DNA of 64,000 bases. Source: a virus. The notes beneath the pieces were generated by a model. It ran no database searches. It was given only the letters and a program-made list of their open reading frames with translations, and was not told the origin of the DNA. Position 1 is the stretch's first letter. Each line of letters begins with the position of its first letter. The stretch lies in the IMG/VR virus record IMGVR_UViG_3300042896_000657, positions 1 through 64,000 of that record; one strand, given 5' to 3'. This document shows positions 1-9,146 of the stretch, piece after piece. Made by a program: the position numbers and the translations under genes.

Positions 1-1
1 T

Positions 2-973
2 AGTGGATCATTACCAGCATTAGGAAGTGGTTCTTACGGTGGTTCATTCAATGGTGGTGTTGCCGCAACTGGTAGAGTACAACTAATGAATGAAAGTATA
101 ACAACAACAAACGTACAAGGATTTCATCCAAATTTAGATTATTCTGCTGCATTTACATTATTACAAAATGCTGATGAATATCAATATAATGTATTACTAG
201 CACCTGGTGTTGGTTTAGATACGGCTGGTGCTGCATCAATGATTTCTACTGCAGAAGGTAGAGGTGATGCAATCGCTATTGTTGATAACGGAATATATGG
301 TACTTCAATAAATGGTGCTGTTACGAATGCTGGTGGTTCTTCAAGTAATTATGGTGCTACTTATTATCCATGGGTTCAATTATTTAGCTCAAACTTAGGT
401 AAAGTTGTATGGGCTCCACCATCAGTAGTAATGGGTGGTGTTTATGCATTTAATGATCAAGTTGGTGCTGAATGGTTTGCTCCAGCTGGTTTAAATAGAG
501 GTGGAATTCCATCAGTAGTAAGAGCAGAACGCAGATTACAACAATCAGATAGAGATACATTATACGAAGGAAACGTAAATCCATTAGCAACATTCCCTGG
601 AAATGGAGTTGTAGCATTTGGTCAGAAAACATTACAACGTAAACAAACATCTTTAGATAGAGTAAATGTTCGTCGTTTATTAATTGCATTAAAAGGATAT
701 ATTGGTAATGTTTCTCGTGAATTAGTGTTTGAACAAAATACAGCAGTAACAAGAAACCGTTTCTTATCACAAGTTAATCCATACTTAGAGTCAGTAGTAC
801 AACGTCAAGGTTTGTTTGCTTTCAAAGTAGTGATGGATGATACTAATAATACAGCTGATGTAATTGATAGAAATCAATTAGTAGGTACAATTTATATTCA
901 ACCTACTAAAACTGCTGAATTTATTATATTAAACTTCAATATTCTTCCAACAGGAGCTAGTTTCCCAGCATAA
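2..973 (+). CDS. Tail sheath protein (C-terminal part; frame open from window edge)
   Basis: YYPW, WFAPAGLNRG, LY..NVNP, GQKTL, DRVNVRRLL, FEQN motifs of T4 gp18-like sheaths; frame is open upstream of ATG 86. Confidence 0.95.
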   Translation, partial: SGSLPALGSGSYGGSFNGGVAATGRVQLMNESITTTNVQGFHPNLDYSAAFTLLQNADEYQYNVLLAPGVGLDTAGAASMISTAEGRGDAIAIVDNGIYGTSINGAVTNAGGSSSNYGATYYPWVQLFSSNLGKVVWAPPSVVMGGVYAFNDQVGAEWFAPAGLNRGGIPSVVRAERRLQQSDRDTLYEGNVNPLATFPGNGVVAFGQKTLQRKQTSLDRVNVRRLLIALKGYIGNVSRELVFEQNTAVTRNRFLSQVNPYLESVVQRQGLFAFKVVMDDTNNTADVIDRNQLVGTIYIQPTKTAEFIILNFNILPTGASFPA

Positions 974-987
974 AATATAGATGATTA

Positions 988-995
988 ATATTTAT
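988..995 (+). promoter_or_regulatory. Putative late promoter ATATTTAT (representative copy; about 15 copies before genes)
   Basis: Same octamer shortly upstream of starts at 1030, 1610, 2375, 3339, 4383, 6469, 14050, 14451, 20564, 28815, 34102, 40276, 49930, 51684, 60066, 63222. Confidence 0.7.
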
Positions 996-1029
996 TAATA
1001 ACAAACTAAAAATAAAAATTTAAAATATT

Positions 1030-1518
1030 ATGGCAATATTAGATGCAAACGAAATTATGTTCACGGCTTTTGAGCCAAAAGTAGCTAATCGTTTTATAAT
1101 GTACATAGATGGAATTCCTGCTTATTTAATTAAGAAAGCAAGTGCTCCTGGATTTGAAGCTAACGAAATCATATTAGATCATATCAACGTATATCGCAAA
1201 ATTAAAGGTAAAGTTAGATGGGCTGATATGACTTTAGAACTATACGATCCAATCGCCCCATCTGGTGCTCAAGCAGTAATGGAATGGGCTCGTTTAGCTC
1301 ACGAATCAGTAACAGGTAGAGATGGTTATTCAGATTTTTATAAAAAAGACTTAACATTAAACATATTAGGCCCTGTTGGTGATGTAGTTGGTGAATGGAT
1401 TGTAAAAGGTGCATTCGTTAAAACTGCAAACTTTGGAGAATATGATTGGTCAAGTGGTGAAGCAGCTATTGCATTGGGTGTTACTATCGCTATGGATTAT
1501 TGTGTCTTGAATTATTGA
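1030..1518 (+). CDS. Tail tube protein (gp19-like)
   Basis: Follows sheath; FEPK..NRF, W.D.T.LYD, YKKDL.L, W..KGA pattern; 162 aa. Confidence 0.9.
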   Translation: MAILDANEIMFTAFEPKVANRFIMYIDGIPAYLIKKASAPGFEANEIILDHINVYRKIKGKVRWADMTLELYDPIAPSGAQAVMEWARLAHESVTGRDGYSDFYKKDLTLNILGPVGDVVGEWIVKGAFVKTANFGEYDWSSGEAAIALGVTIAMDYCVLNY

Positions 1519-1569
1519 AATATATATTATAATTTAATTAAAGAAATAGCAATCCAAGGCACATTTTTT

Positions 1570-1609
1570 AAACCTTCTATATATTTATTAGTATATAGGA
1601 GGTTTTTTT
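1570..1609 (+). terminator. Hairpin plus U-tract (terminator-like) enclosing an ATATTTAT motif
   Basis: AAACCTTCTATATA (1570-1583) pairs with TATATAGGAGGTTT (1592-1605); T-run follows. Confidence 0.6.
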
Positions 1610-2362
1610 ATGCTTAAAAAAGATAAAATAATAAAGGAAAAATATAATGGTATTCATCCAACATGTCAATGTGGATGTAGTGAAAAAACACGTTATGAAG
1701 CTAAATTAAAAGATTATTGTAAATGGATACATGGACATCAATCAAGAGTTAAAGGACATTTTGGTGATCCTAAATCCGAAAAACGTGTAAATGCTATTAA
1801 AAAAACACGTAAAGCTAAATTTGCTTCTGGTGAATATAACCATATACTTAAACAAGTATCTAAACCTCGTTCTAAAGAAATAAAACAAAAAATAAGTAAA
1901 AATGGAACTGGTGTATCGCGTCCTAAAGCTAATGGATTTGGTGTTGGGAGAATTCATTCACAACAAACTAAAGATAAAATGAGTGACACCGCTATTAATA
2001 ATATAGTTATAACTGATAAAAATCATACTTCTAAGTTAGAATTAACTTTTCAAAATATATTAGATTTATTAGATATTAAATATAAAAAATTTTTATATGC
2101 TAAAGAAATTAAAGCATTTTATGATTTTTATATTCCCCAAAATAACATTATTATAGAGGTTTATGGAGATTTTTGGCATTGTAATCCTAACAGTAAATAT
2201 TCAGAAGCAAAATATGAATCCCAAAAGAAAAATCTAATTAGAGATAAAGAAAAAGAACAATGGACTAAAGATAATGGTTATAAATTATTACGTTTTTGGG
2301 AAACTGATATAAATAATAATATTAAACAAGTAAAACAAACATTATTAGAAAACTGTAGGTAA
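1610..2362 (+). CDS. Free-standing homing-type endonuclease (NUMOD3-like repeats + DUF559/Vsr-like nuclease domain)
   Basis: N-terminal CQCGC; HS..TK.KMS-like repeats; C-terminal YDFYIP..IIIEVYGDFWH..RD..K..GYKLLRFWE. Confidence 0.8.
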   Translation: MLKKDKIIKEKYNGIHPTCQCGCSEKTRYEAKLKDYCKWIHGHQSRVKGHFGDPKSEKRVNAIKKTRKAKFASGEYNHILKQVSKPRSKEIKQKISKNGTGVSRPKANGFGVGRIHSQQTKDKMSDTAINNIVITDKNHTSKLELTFQNILDLLDIKYKKFLYAKEIKAFYDFYIPQNNIIIEVYGDFWHCNPNSKYSEAKYESQKKNLIRDKEKEQWTKDNGYKLLRFWETDINNNIKQVKQTLLENCR

Positions 2363-2374
2363 ATATTTATATAC

Positions 2375-3289
2375 ATGATTAAACTATTAGATTTATTAAA
2401 AGAATATGGTAATCAAGGACCCTCATCACCTGAATCATATTTAATAGAAAATGAGGAAATTCAAAAAATCCCATTTTCTGATATATCTAAAATCTCTAAT
2501 TTAGAATACGATATGGGTGGTGGAGAAACATCACTATATGAAGAATATAATATAGTTGTTATAGATAATATTCCTGTAGAAGAATTTGCTCAAGATCCAG
2601 GTGGTGATAAAAAAATATATATTGAATATAATTTAGAAAATTCATATTCATTTCCAAAAGCAAATAAAATTTATTTATCTCAAATAGTATATCACATAGA
2701 TAATATAGAAGCATTAGCTAAAACAGTAAATGACTCCTTAAAATCTAATGGTATTCTTGATTTTTTTAGTGATATTATGTCTAAAGAAGATAAACAATTT
2801 ATAAAAATATTAGTTGAAAACTATGGTTTTTTCTTACCTGATGATGCTTCTATAAAATCTCTTTCAAAATATAAAGAAAAAAACTTATTATTACGTCGTG
2901 GTACACCATATACAACTCCGAAAAAGGAAAAATTTATTCCTAAAGAATGGGTATATGATATAACAACAAAAGAAGGTAATGCTCGAGTAAAATATACACT
3001 ACTAGATATAAATTACGATACATTTGCTTTTGGTAAATATGATGAGGATACTGTAAATAAACATACTTATGTAGGTACAGATAAAATATCAGGTACTATT
3101 CCTGATAGATATTTTTTAATGGATAGAAATTCTAGAATGAAAGGAGTAAAACCCAATTATATAGGAATAAGATTTTCTTTAAAAGATTGGAATCCTGAAA
3201 AAGGACCATTTCCCTATTATCAAATTCCTGATGGTAACTACTGGAAAGTAACACCTTGGAATATAATATCTTTTAAAAGAATACAATAA
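2375..3289 (+). CDS. Protein with MIKLLDLLKE leader and probable class I SAM-methyltransferase fold
   Basis: YDMGGG (motif I-like), VVID, KIYLSQIVYHIDN, LKSNG. Confidence 0.5.
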   Translation: MIKLLDLLKEYGNQGPSSPESYLIENEEIQKIPFSDISKISNLEYDMGGGETSLYEEYNIVVIDNIPVEEFAQDPGGDKKIYIEYNLENSYSFPKANKIYLSQIVYHIDNIEALAKTVNDSLKSNGILDFFSDIMSKEDKQFIKILVENYGFFLPDDASIKSLSKYKEKNLLLRRGTPYTTPKKEKFIPKEWVYDITTKEGNARVKYTLLDINYDTFAFGKYDEDTVNKHTYVGTDKISGTIPDRYFLMDRNSRMKGVKPNYIGIRFSLKDWNPEKGPFPYYQIPDGNYWKVTPWNIISFKRIQ

Positions 3290-3338
3290 AGTCTTTGTTT
3301 TATATATTTATATACGAACAAAAAATTAAAAACGTTAT

Positions 3339-4094
3339 ATGTCAGAACTAAAGTTACCAACAGAAACAATAACATTACCCTCAAAAGGTTTATTGTATCC
3401 AAAAGAAAATCCATTATCATCTGGAAAGATTGAAATGAAGTACATGACTGCTAAAGAAGAAGATATTCTTACTAATAGCAATTATATTAAACAAGGAGTA
3501 GTAATTGATAAATTATTACAAGCATTAATTGTAACTCCAATCAATTATGATGATTTATTAGTAGGTGATAAAAACGCCATATTAGTAGCCGCTCGTATAT
3601 TAGGATATGGTAAAGATTATTCATTTAAATATGTTAATCAATACAATCAAGAGGTAGAGGCTAATGTTGATTTAACTACATTAAAAGATAAAGAATTAAA
3701 TGAATCAATATACACTTCAGGCAATGAATTTTCATTCAATCTACCAAAATCAGGAAACGAAGTAACATTTAAATTATTGAGTCACGGTGATGAAAAATTA
3801 ATTGAGGCAGAAATTAAAGGATTAAAGAAAATTGATCCAACAAAAACATACGATGTTACTACTCGATTAAAATTTGTAATCACTTCAATAGAGGGAAAAC
3901 GTGATCAAAAATCCATTCGTGATTTTGTTGATAACTATTTATTAGCCCCTGATGCTAGAGCATTACGTGAATATTATTCAGAAGTACAACCTGATATTAT
4001 ATTAAAATATACTCCTGAGGATGAAAACTATGAAGGGGAGGGCATAGATATTCCAGTAAATCTTAACTTTTTTTGGCCTGACTCAGGATTATAG
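3339..4094 (+). CDS. Baseplate hub/tail assembly chaperone (T4 gp26-like)
   Basis: TLPSKGLLY, MTAKEEDIL, GDKNAILVAARILGYG, ends NFFWP; lies between tube and tape measure. Confidence 0.75.
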   Translation: MSELKLPTETITLPSKGLLYPKENPLSSGKIEMKYMTAKEEDILTNSNYIKQGVVIDKLLQALIVTPINYDDLLVGDKNAILVAARILGYGKDYSFKYVNQYNQEVEANVDLTTLKDKELNESIYTSGNEFSFNLPKSGNEVTFKLLSHGDEKLIEAEIKGLKKIDPTKTYDVTTRLKFVITSIEGKRDQKSIRDFVDNYLLAPDARALREYYSEVQPDIILKYTPEDENYEGEGIDIPVNLNFFWPDSGL

Positions 4095-4347
4095 AATAGT
4101 ATTTTTCTCCCAAATCCACGATATAATATTTCATGGTGGTGGTGGATATGATTGGAACACTGTTTATAATATGCCAATTTGGCTTCGTAAATTTACATTT
4201 AATAAATTGAAGGAACATTTTGATAAACAAAATGAGGAAGCTGAAAAACAACAGAATATGTTGAAAAATAAACAATCATCATCTAAAGAAATATCAAGAC
4301 CAAATATAGCACCAACATACACAACATCGAGAGCTCCTAAAAAATAG
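4075..4347 (+). CDS. Overlapping +1-frame ORF (gp51-like chaperone extension), probably reached by frameshift
   Basis: Reads GLTQDYRIVFFSQIHDIIFHGGGGYDWNTVYNMPIWLRKF...APKK*; frame opens at 4060, first ATG only at 4171; T7 run at 4068-4074. Confidence 0.65.
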   Translation, partial: GLTQDYRIVFFSQIHDIIFHGGGGYDWNTVYNMPIWLRKFTFNKLKEHFDKQNEEAEKQQNMLKNKQSSSKEISRPNIAPTYTTSRAPKK

Positions 4348-4382
4348 GGGCTTTCGATATTTATATGATATAATATAATAAT

Positions 4383-6428
4383 ATGCCTGATCCAAAACAA
4401 TCAATAGATGAACAAAATGTATATATAAGAGATACATTATTATCTATCGCTTCTAAATATGCAGATGTTTTAAAAGATGCTGTAGAGGATGCTTTTGATA
4501 ATGTTGATGCTGGAGTATTAAAAGCAGTAGGTAATGATTTAACAAGATCTTTTACTAAGTTAGCTAAAATGTCTGATGAATTAGCTCTTAATACTAGTAG
4601 AATTAATAAAGGATTACTTTCTCAAAAAGATATTGAAAAACAAATCCAAAGTCTTCAAGAAAAAAGAGAAAGCATAATGATAAAAATAGCACATGCTAGA
4701 AAACTTGGAGCTGATATTGGAGAAGAAGATTTAGAAAATGCTTTAAAATCCTTAGATATTCAAGAAAAACAATTAGAAGAAGATAAAAAGTTAGCAAAAT
4801 CTTTATCATTTAGAATAGGAATGCAAAAAGGATTTAATGATATTCAAGATAAATTTAATGTAAAACAAATTAAAGATTCACTTACAATTTCTGGTATATT
4901 TGGCCTTATTATTCAAGGTGCCTTAAACTTCCAAAAACAATCAGTTGAAACTGGTAAAATTTTAGGATATAGTGCTTCCGAATCAAATAGAATTCAAAGT
5001 AATTTTAATAAACTTGCTTTTACAACAGAGAATGTTAATGTTAATAGTAAAAGTTTAAATGAAGCATTTACTCAATTAGCCCAATCTACTGGATATGTTT
5101 CAGAATATTCGGATGATACATTAATAACTCAAATAAAATTAACTAAACAAGTTGGTTTAACTGGAGAAGAAGCAGCTCAATTTCAAAGATATAGTGTTTT
5201 AACAGGACAATCATCAGAACAAGTATATAAGTCTTTTGTTAAAGGTTTAGTAGCTCAACGTAATCAATCTCGAATAGGGATTAATTTTAAAACAACATTA
5301 GCAGAGGCAGCAAAAATATCAGGTCAATTGGCAGCTCAATTAGGATATAATCCTGAACGTATTGCAAGAGCAGTAGTTAAAGCTAAGGAATTTGGTATGA
5401 CTTTAGAACAAACTGCTAAAATAAGTGAATCTTTACTTAATTTTGAGTCATCAATTGAGAATGAATTAAAAGCTGAATTATTAACGGGAAAACAATTAAA
5501 TTTAGAAAGAGCAAGAGCAGCAGCACTATCAGGAGATCAAGCAACTGTAGCTGAAGAAATTGCTAAAAATATAGGTACAGCGGCCGATTTTGCCAAAATG
5601 AATGTTTTACAACAAAAATCATTAGCTGAATCTGTTGGAATGACTGCTGATGAATTAGGTGAAACATTAAGAAAAAGAGAAGAAGCATTAGCAAGTGGTA
5701 AATCATTAGCTCAAGTTACTGAAGAAGAAGCTGCAAAATCACTTGAAAGACAAGCTATTCAAGAAAAATTTAATGCTGCTATAGAAAAATTACAATCACT
5801 TATTGGTGGGATAGTAGCAGGTCCTTTAGGAACAATGTTAGAAATTCTAATTCAATCTGTAGATTATATAAATGCAGCTGTTATTGGATTAGGAGCATAC
5901 TATGCTATTTCCAAATCAATTCAAATTACCCAAGGAGTAATAACAGGATTAAAAGCAGCACAATTAGCTAGTGATAGAGGAATGAATGCTGCTACTTTTA
6001 TTAGAAGAGGTTTATTGGGAAAAGAATTATCCCAAACAATTGCTATAGCAGTAGCTAAAATTGCTGGTGCCTCTGCCCAAACTTTAGGAATAGCAGCAGG
6101 TATAGCTTTAGCAGCAGGTGCTGCAGCATATACTTATTTTAATTCTATGGATGATGGTGTTATAGGCCCAGGAGGAGAAACCGTAGTATCAGGTCCTAAA
6201 GGTTCAATCAAACTAAATAAAGATGATTCAATAGTAGCAGGTACTAATTTATTTGATAAAGGAAATAATCAAACAATCTCACCATCAATAGATCTAACAC
6301 CAATGATTGCAGCTATTAATCAAGTTAAAGCATCAGTAGATAGATTATATTCTAAAAACACAACCATCAGCATGGATGGTAAAGCTGTAGGTACTACATT
6401 AACACAAGGTTCTTATAAATTTGCTTAA
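4383..6428 (+). CDS. Tape measure protein
   Basis: 681 aa, Ala/Gln/Leu-rich helical, hydrophobic C-terminal segments; follows the chaperone. Confidence 0.8.
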   Translation: MPDPKQSIDEQNVYIRDTLLSIASKYADVLKDAVEDAFDNVDAGVLKAVGNDLTRSFTKLAKMSDELALNTSRINKGLLSQKDIEKQIQSLQEKRESIMIKIAHARKLGADIGEEDLENALKSLDIQEKQLEEDKKLAKSLSFRIGMQKGFNDIQDKFNVKQIKDSLTISGIFGLIIQGALNFQKQSVETGKILGYSASESNRIQSNFNKLAFTTENVNVNSKSLNEAFTQLAQSTGYVSEYSDDTLITQIKLTKQVGLTGEEAAQFQRYSVLTGQSSEQVYKSFVKGLVAQRNQSRIGINFKTTLAEAAKISGQLAAQLGYNPERIARAVVKAKEFGMTLEQTAKISESLLNFESSIENELKAELLTGKQLNLERARAAALSGDQATVAEEIAKNIGTAADFAKMNVLQQKSLAESVGMTADELGETLRKREEALASGKSLAQVTEEEAAKSLERQAIQEKFNAAIEKLQSLIGGIVAGPLGTMLEILIQSVDYINAAVIGLGAYYAISKSIQITQGVITGLKAAQLASDRGMNAATFIRRGLLGKELSQTIAIAVAKIAGASAQTLGIAAGIALAAGAAAYTYFNSMDDGVIGPGGETVVSGPKGSIKLNKDDSIVAGTNLFDKGNNQTISPSIDLTPMIAAINQVKASVDRLYSKNTTISMDGKAVGTTLTQGSYKFA

Positions 6429-6468
6429 TATATTAATATTTATACTAAATCAATAAACATAACAAATC

Positions 6469-6756
6469 ATGGGATTACTAGAAAAATTAAAATCAAGTGT
6501 TCTAGGCTTAGGAGGTATTAAACCAGCTAACTTTGGAGTTAATCCAGTACCACCTAATTCATTACACAACCAATACTCAGTAGATGGTAAACCAAATGTA
6601 ACTTGGAGAACTATTAAAGGAACTGGTATGAAACCACAACCATCACAATTAGATGAATTAGATCCAAATGCTCCAAAATTAAAAGTTACTGGTGTTGTAT
6701 CCAAAATATATAAATCAGTCAATGGTCAAAGATATTTGGATAACAAACCAAAGTAA
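6469..6756 (+). CDS. Small tail/baseplate-region protein
   Basis: ORF in tail operon preceded by ATATTTAT. Confidence 0.55.
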   Translation: MGLLEKLKSSVLGLGGIKPANFGVNPVPPNSLHNQYSVDGKPNVTWRTIKGTGMKPQPSQLDELDPNAPKLKVTGVVSKIYKSVNGQRYLDNKPK

Positions 6757-8832
6757 ATGTCACTACTTAATTTAACTACAAATTTAAAATCACTTAAATA
6801 CGGTAAAGATAGACCTGGTGGTGGTGATAGCGGTCAACCTTATATTCAATCAGATATTAACATTGGTAATCAAACAGTAGAAGCTAATGATGATGGACGT
6901 ATTAGAGGAGGGGCTAAAGGTGCTGAAAATGCATCAACCACAGATTTATTACGTATTAAAAGGTTTATTAACAGTAAACCTAAGGGAAATTTATTTATTA
7001 CAAATCAAGTAGGTTTACAATTTTCTAATCCAAAATTAGAAACTAGAAAAATATCTTTAGGTAATGGAACTGGTATTTTAGGTTTTGTAAATACAGCAGT
7101 TAATGCTATTAGTAGTAATTTTGGACCTACTAGAATATATAATTTAGGTATTAATACTCTAGCACAAGTTCCAGTTAATGCTTTTGGTATTCATTTTAAT
7201 AGACATGGTTTAACACCTGTACAAGATGATAATACAAAATATTTTGCTGTTGTTACTAATAATAATAAAAGTAATCAAGATGTAGCTAAACCTAGTAATA
7301 GATTAGCATCATTAAATAAAAAATTTCAATTAGGAGTTAAATCTTCAAATTTTAATAATATTCCAGAAATAACTAGAACTCAACAATTATTAAGAACACT
7401 TAACCCGATAGCAAGAACTATTGGTGGATTAATTGGTGGTAGAGTTGGAAGAGCTATTAATAATGTTTCAAGATTATCAACATTATTCTTTAATAATAAT
7501 GATTTAGTAATTGATAATTATTTAGGAGGACCAGGTTCTACATATGGTGTTGGAAAAACATTAATTAGAAGATATGATATTACAGAAAATGGACAAAGAA
7601 TTAATAGTGCTTTTGAAAAAAGTAAAGAAAAAGCTAGATTAGCAAGTATAAATTATTCATCTGTATTATCTCAAAATGGTCCTACATTATCTATTGAAGA
7701 AGATGGAAAAACAGTTATATTAAGTGTTGGTGGTGAAAATAGAAATGCCATTTATGCAAATTCAGTTTCTCCTGCTTTTAAAAGTTATAGAGCTATACAA
7801 GATGCTGTAAAAGCAATTCAAAATCCTAAACCTTCAATAATTCCTTTTTCTACATCACCCTATTTTGAAGAAACAGGATTTGGACCTTTTCAAAATAAAG
7901 AATTTAAAAGTGAACCTAATAGTGGTTTAATCCGTAATCCACTTTTATCATTTAAATATTATGGAGACGTAACATCAAGCCCCGATGGTAGTCAATTAAC
8001 ATATGGTAATAGTAATATATTTTCTAGAGTAGATTCAGATATATTAACTAATGTATTTACAATAATTAATCCATTTGATGGAGGTGAAGATCCAATATAT
8101 CTATCTTCATATATAAAAGGATTTAAAGAAGATTTTAATGCTACTTGGGGTGAAATTAATTATGCTGGTAGAGCTGAAAGTTTCTATGTTTATAATAAAT
8201 TTAAACGTAATACATCTTTTAATCTTCAAATTCCATGTTTTAATAGGAAAGAACTATTTGAAAAACACAGAGCATTAGGTCAATTAGCATCAACAACAGC
8301 TGGTTCTTACAATAGTGATGGATTTTTAAATGGAGTTTTAATTAAATTAAATATTGGAAATTATATTGTTGGAGAATATAGTATATTAAATAGTATAAAT
8401 TATAATATTCCTGATGAGGCTTCTTGGGATGTTACTCCCGAAGGTCGATTAGCTATGTTAATTGAAGCATCTTTTAATTTTACAATTATCCATAAAGAAC
8501 TACCTCAATATAAAAAAGATCAAGGTTTCTTTGGGTATCTACCTGATACTTATAAAGGATTTATTACAAGAAATGGTAGAGATCAAACAAAACAAAGTGA
8601 AATTAATAAAACATTTAATAATAATGATTATATTTCTGGTTCATTACCTATACCTGTCATTAAATTTCCAATTACTACTAATTTAACAGATACAAGAAAT
8701 ATAAGTGCTGGAAATTTTGGGACTAGAATAAATTCCCCACTTCCAAGCGTAACACTTACATCTCCAAGATTTACTCCTTTTGATAATACTAGAAGTAATG
8801 AATTAAATAATTTTATAGGCCCTCGTCAATAA
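6757..8832 (+). CDS. Baseplate/tail-tube initiator-like structural protein
   Basis: Position; W....YAGRAE.FY.Y..F.R motif seen in contractile-tail baseplate proteins. Confidence 0.55.
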   Translation: MSLLNLTTNLKSLKYGKDRPGGGDSGQPYIQSDINIGNQTVEANDDGRIRGGAKGAENASTTDLLRIKRFINSKPKGNLFITNQVGLQFSNPKLETRKISLGNGTGILGFVNTAVNAISSNFGPTRIYNLGINTLAQVPVNAFGIHFNRHGLTPVQDDNTKYFAVVTNNNKSNQDVAKPSNRLASLNKKFQLGVKSSNFNNIPEITRTQQLLRTLNPIARTIGGLIGGRVGRAINNVSRLSTLFFNNNDLVIDNYLGGPGSTYGVGKTLIRRYDITENGQRINSAFEKSKEKARLASINYSSVLSQNGPTLSIEEDGKTVILSVGGENRNAIYANSVSPAFKSYRAIQDAVKAIQNPKPSIIPFSTSPYFEETGFGPFQNKEFKSEPNSGLIRNPLLSFKYYGDVTSSPDGSQLTYGNSNIFSRVDSDILTNVFTIINPFDGGEDPIYLSSYIKGFKEDFNATWGEINYAGRAESFYVYNKFKRNTSFNLQIPCFNRKELFEKHRALGQLASTTAGSYNSDGFLNGVLIKLNIGNYIVGEYSILNSINYNIPDEASWDVTPEGRLAMLIEASFNFTIIHKELPQYKKDQGFFGYLPDTYKGFITRNGRDQTKQSEINKTFNNNDYISGSLPIPVIKFPITTNLTDTRNISAGNFGTRINSPLPSVTLTSPRFTPFDNTRSNELNNFIGPRQ

Positions 8833-8836
8833 TATA

Positions 8837-9142
8837 ATGAATAGATACGATAATCCAACAATATTAACAACTGATCAAGGTAAACCATATCTAAAAACAA
8901 AAGGATATCCAAACATTCCTGTGTCAGAATTTGATGTGTATGTTATAACAACAATTGGAGATAGACTAGATTCATTAGCATATCAATTTTATCGTGATGC
9001 TACATTATGGTGGGTAATATCTATGGCTAATAATAATGTAACTAAAGGATTAATGTTTCCTGAACCAGGAACACAATTAAGAATACCTACTGATTTAAAT
9101 GCTGTTTTAGCATTGTTTAATAATTACAATATAGCTAGATAA
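8837..9142 (+). CDS. LysM-like baseplate wedge protein (gp53/tail X-like)
   Basis: GDRLDSLAYQFY.D..LWWVI..AN..PG.QLRIP. Confidence 0.85.
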   Translation: MNRYDNPTILTTDQGKPYLKTKGYPNIPVSEFDVYVITTIGDRLDSLAYQFYRDATLWWVISMANNNVTKGLMFPEPGTQLRIPTDLNAVLALFNNYNIAR

Positions 9143-9146
9143 TGTT

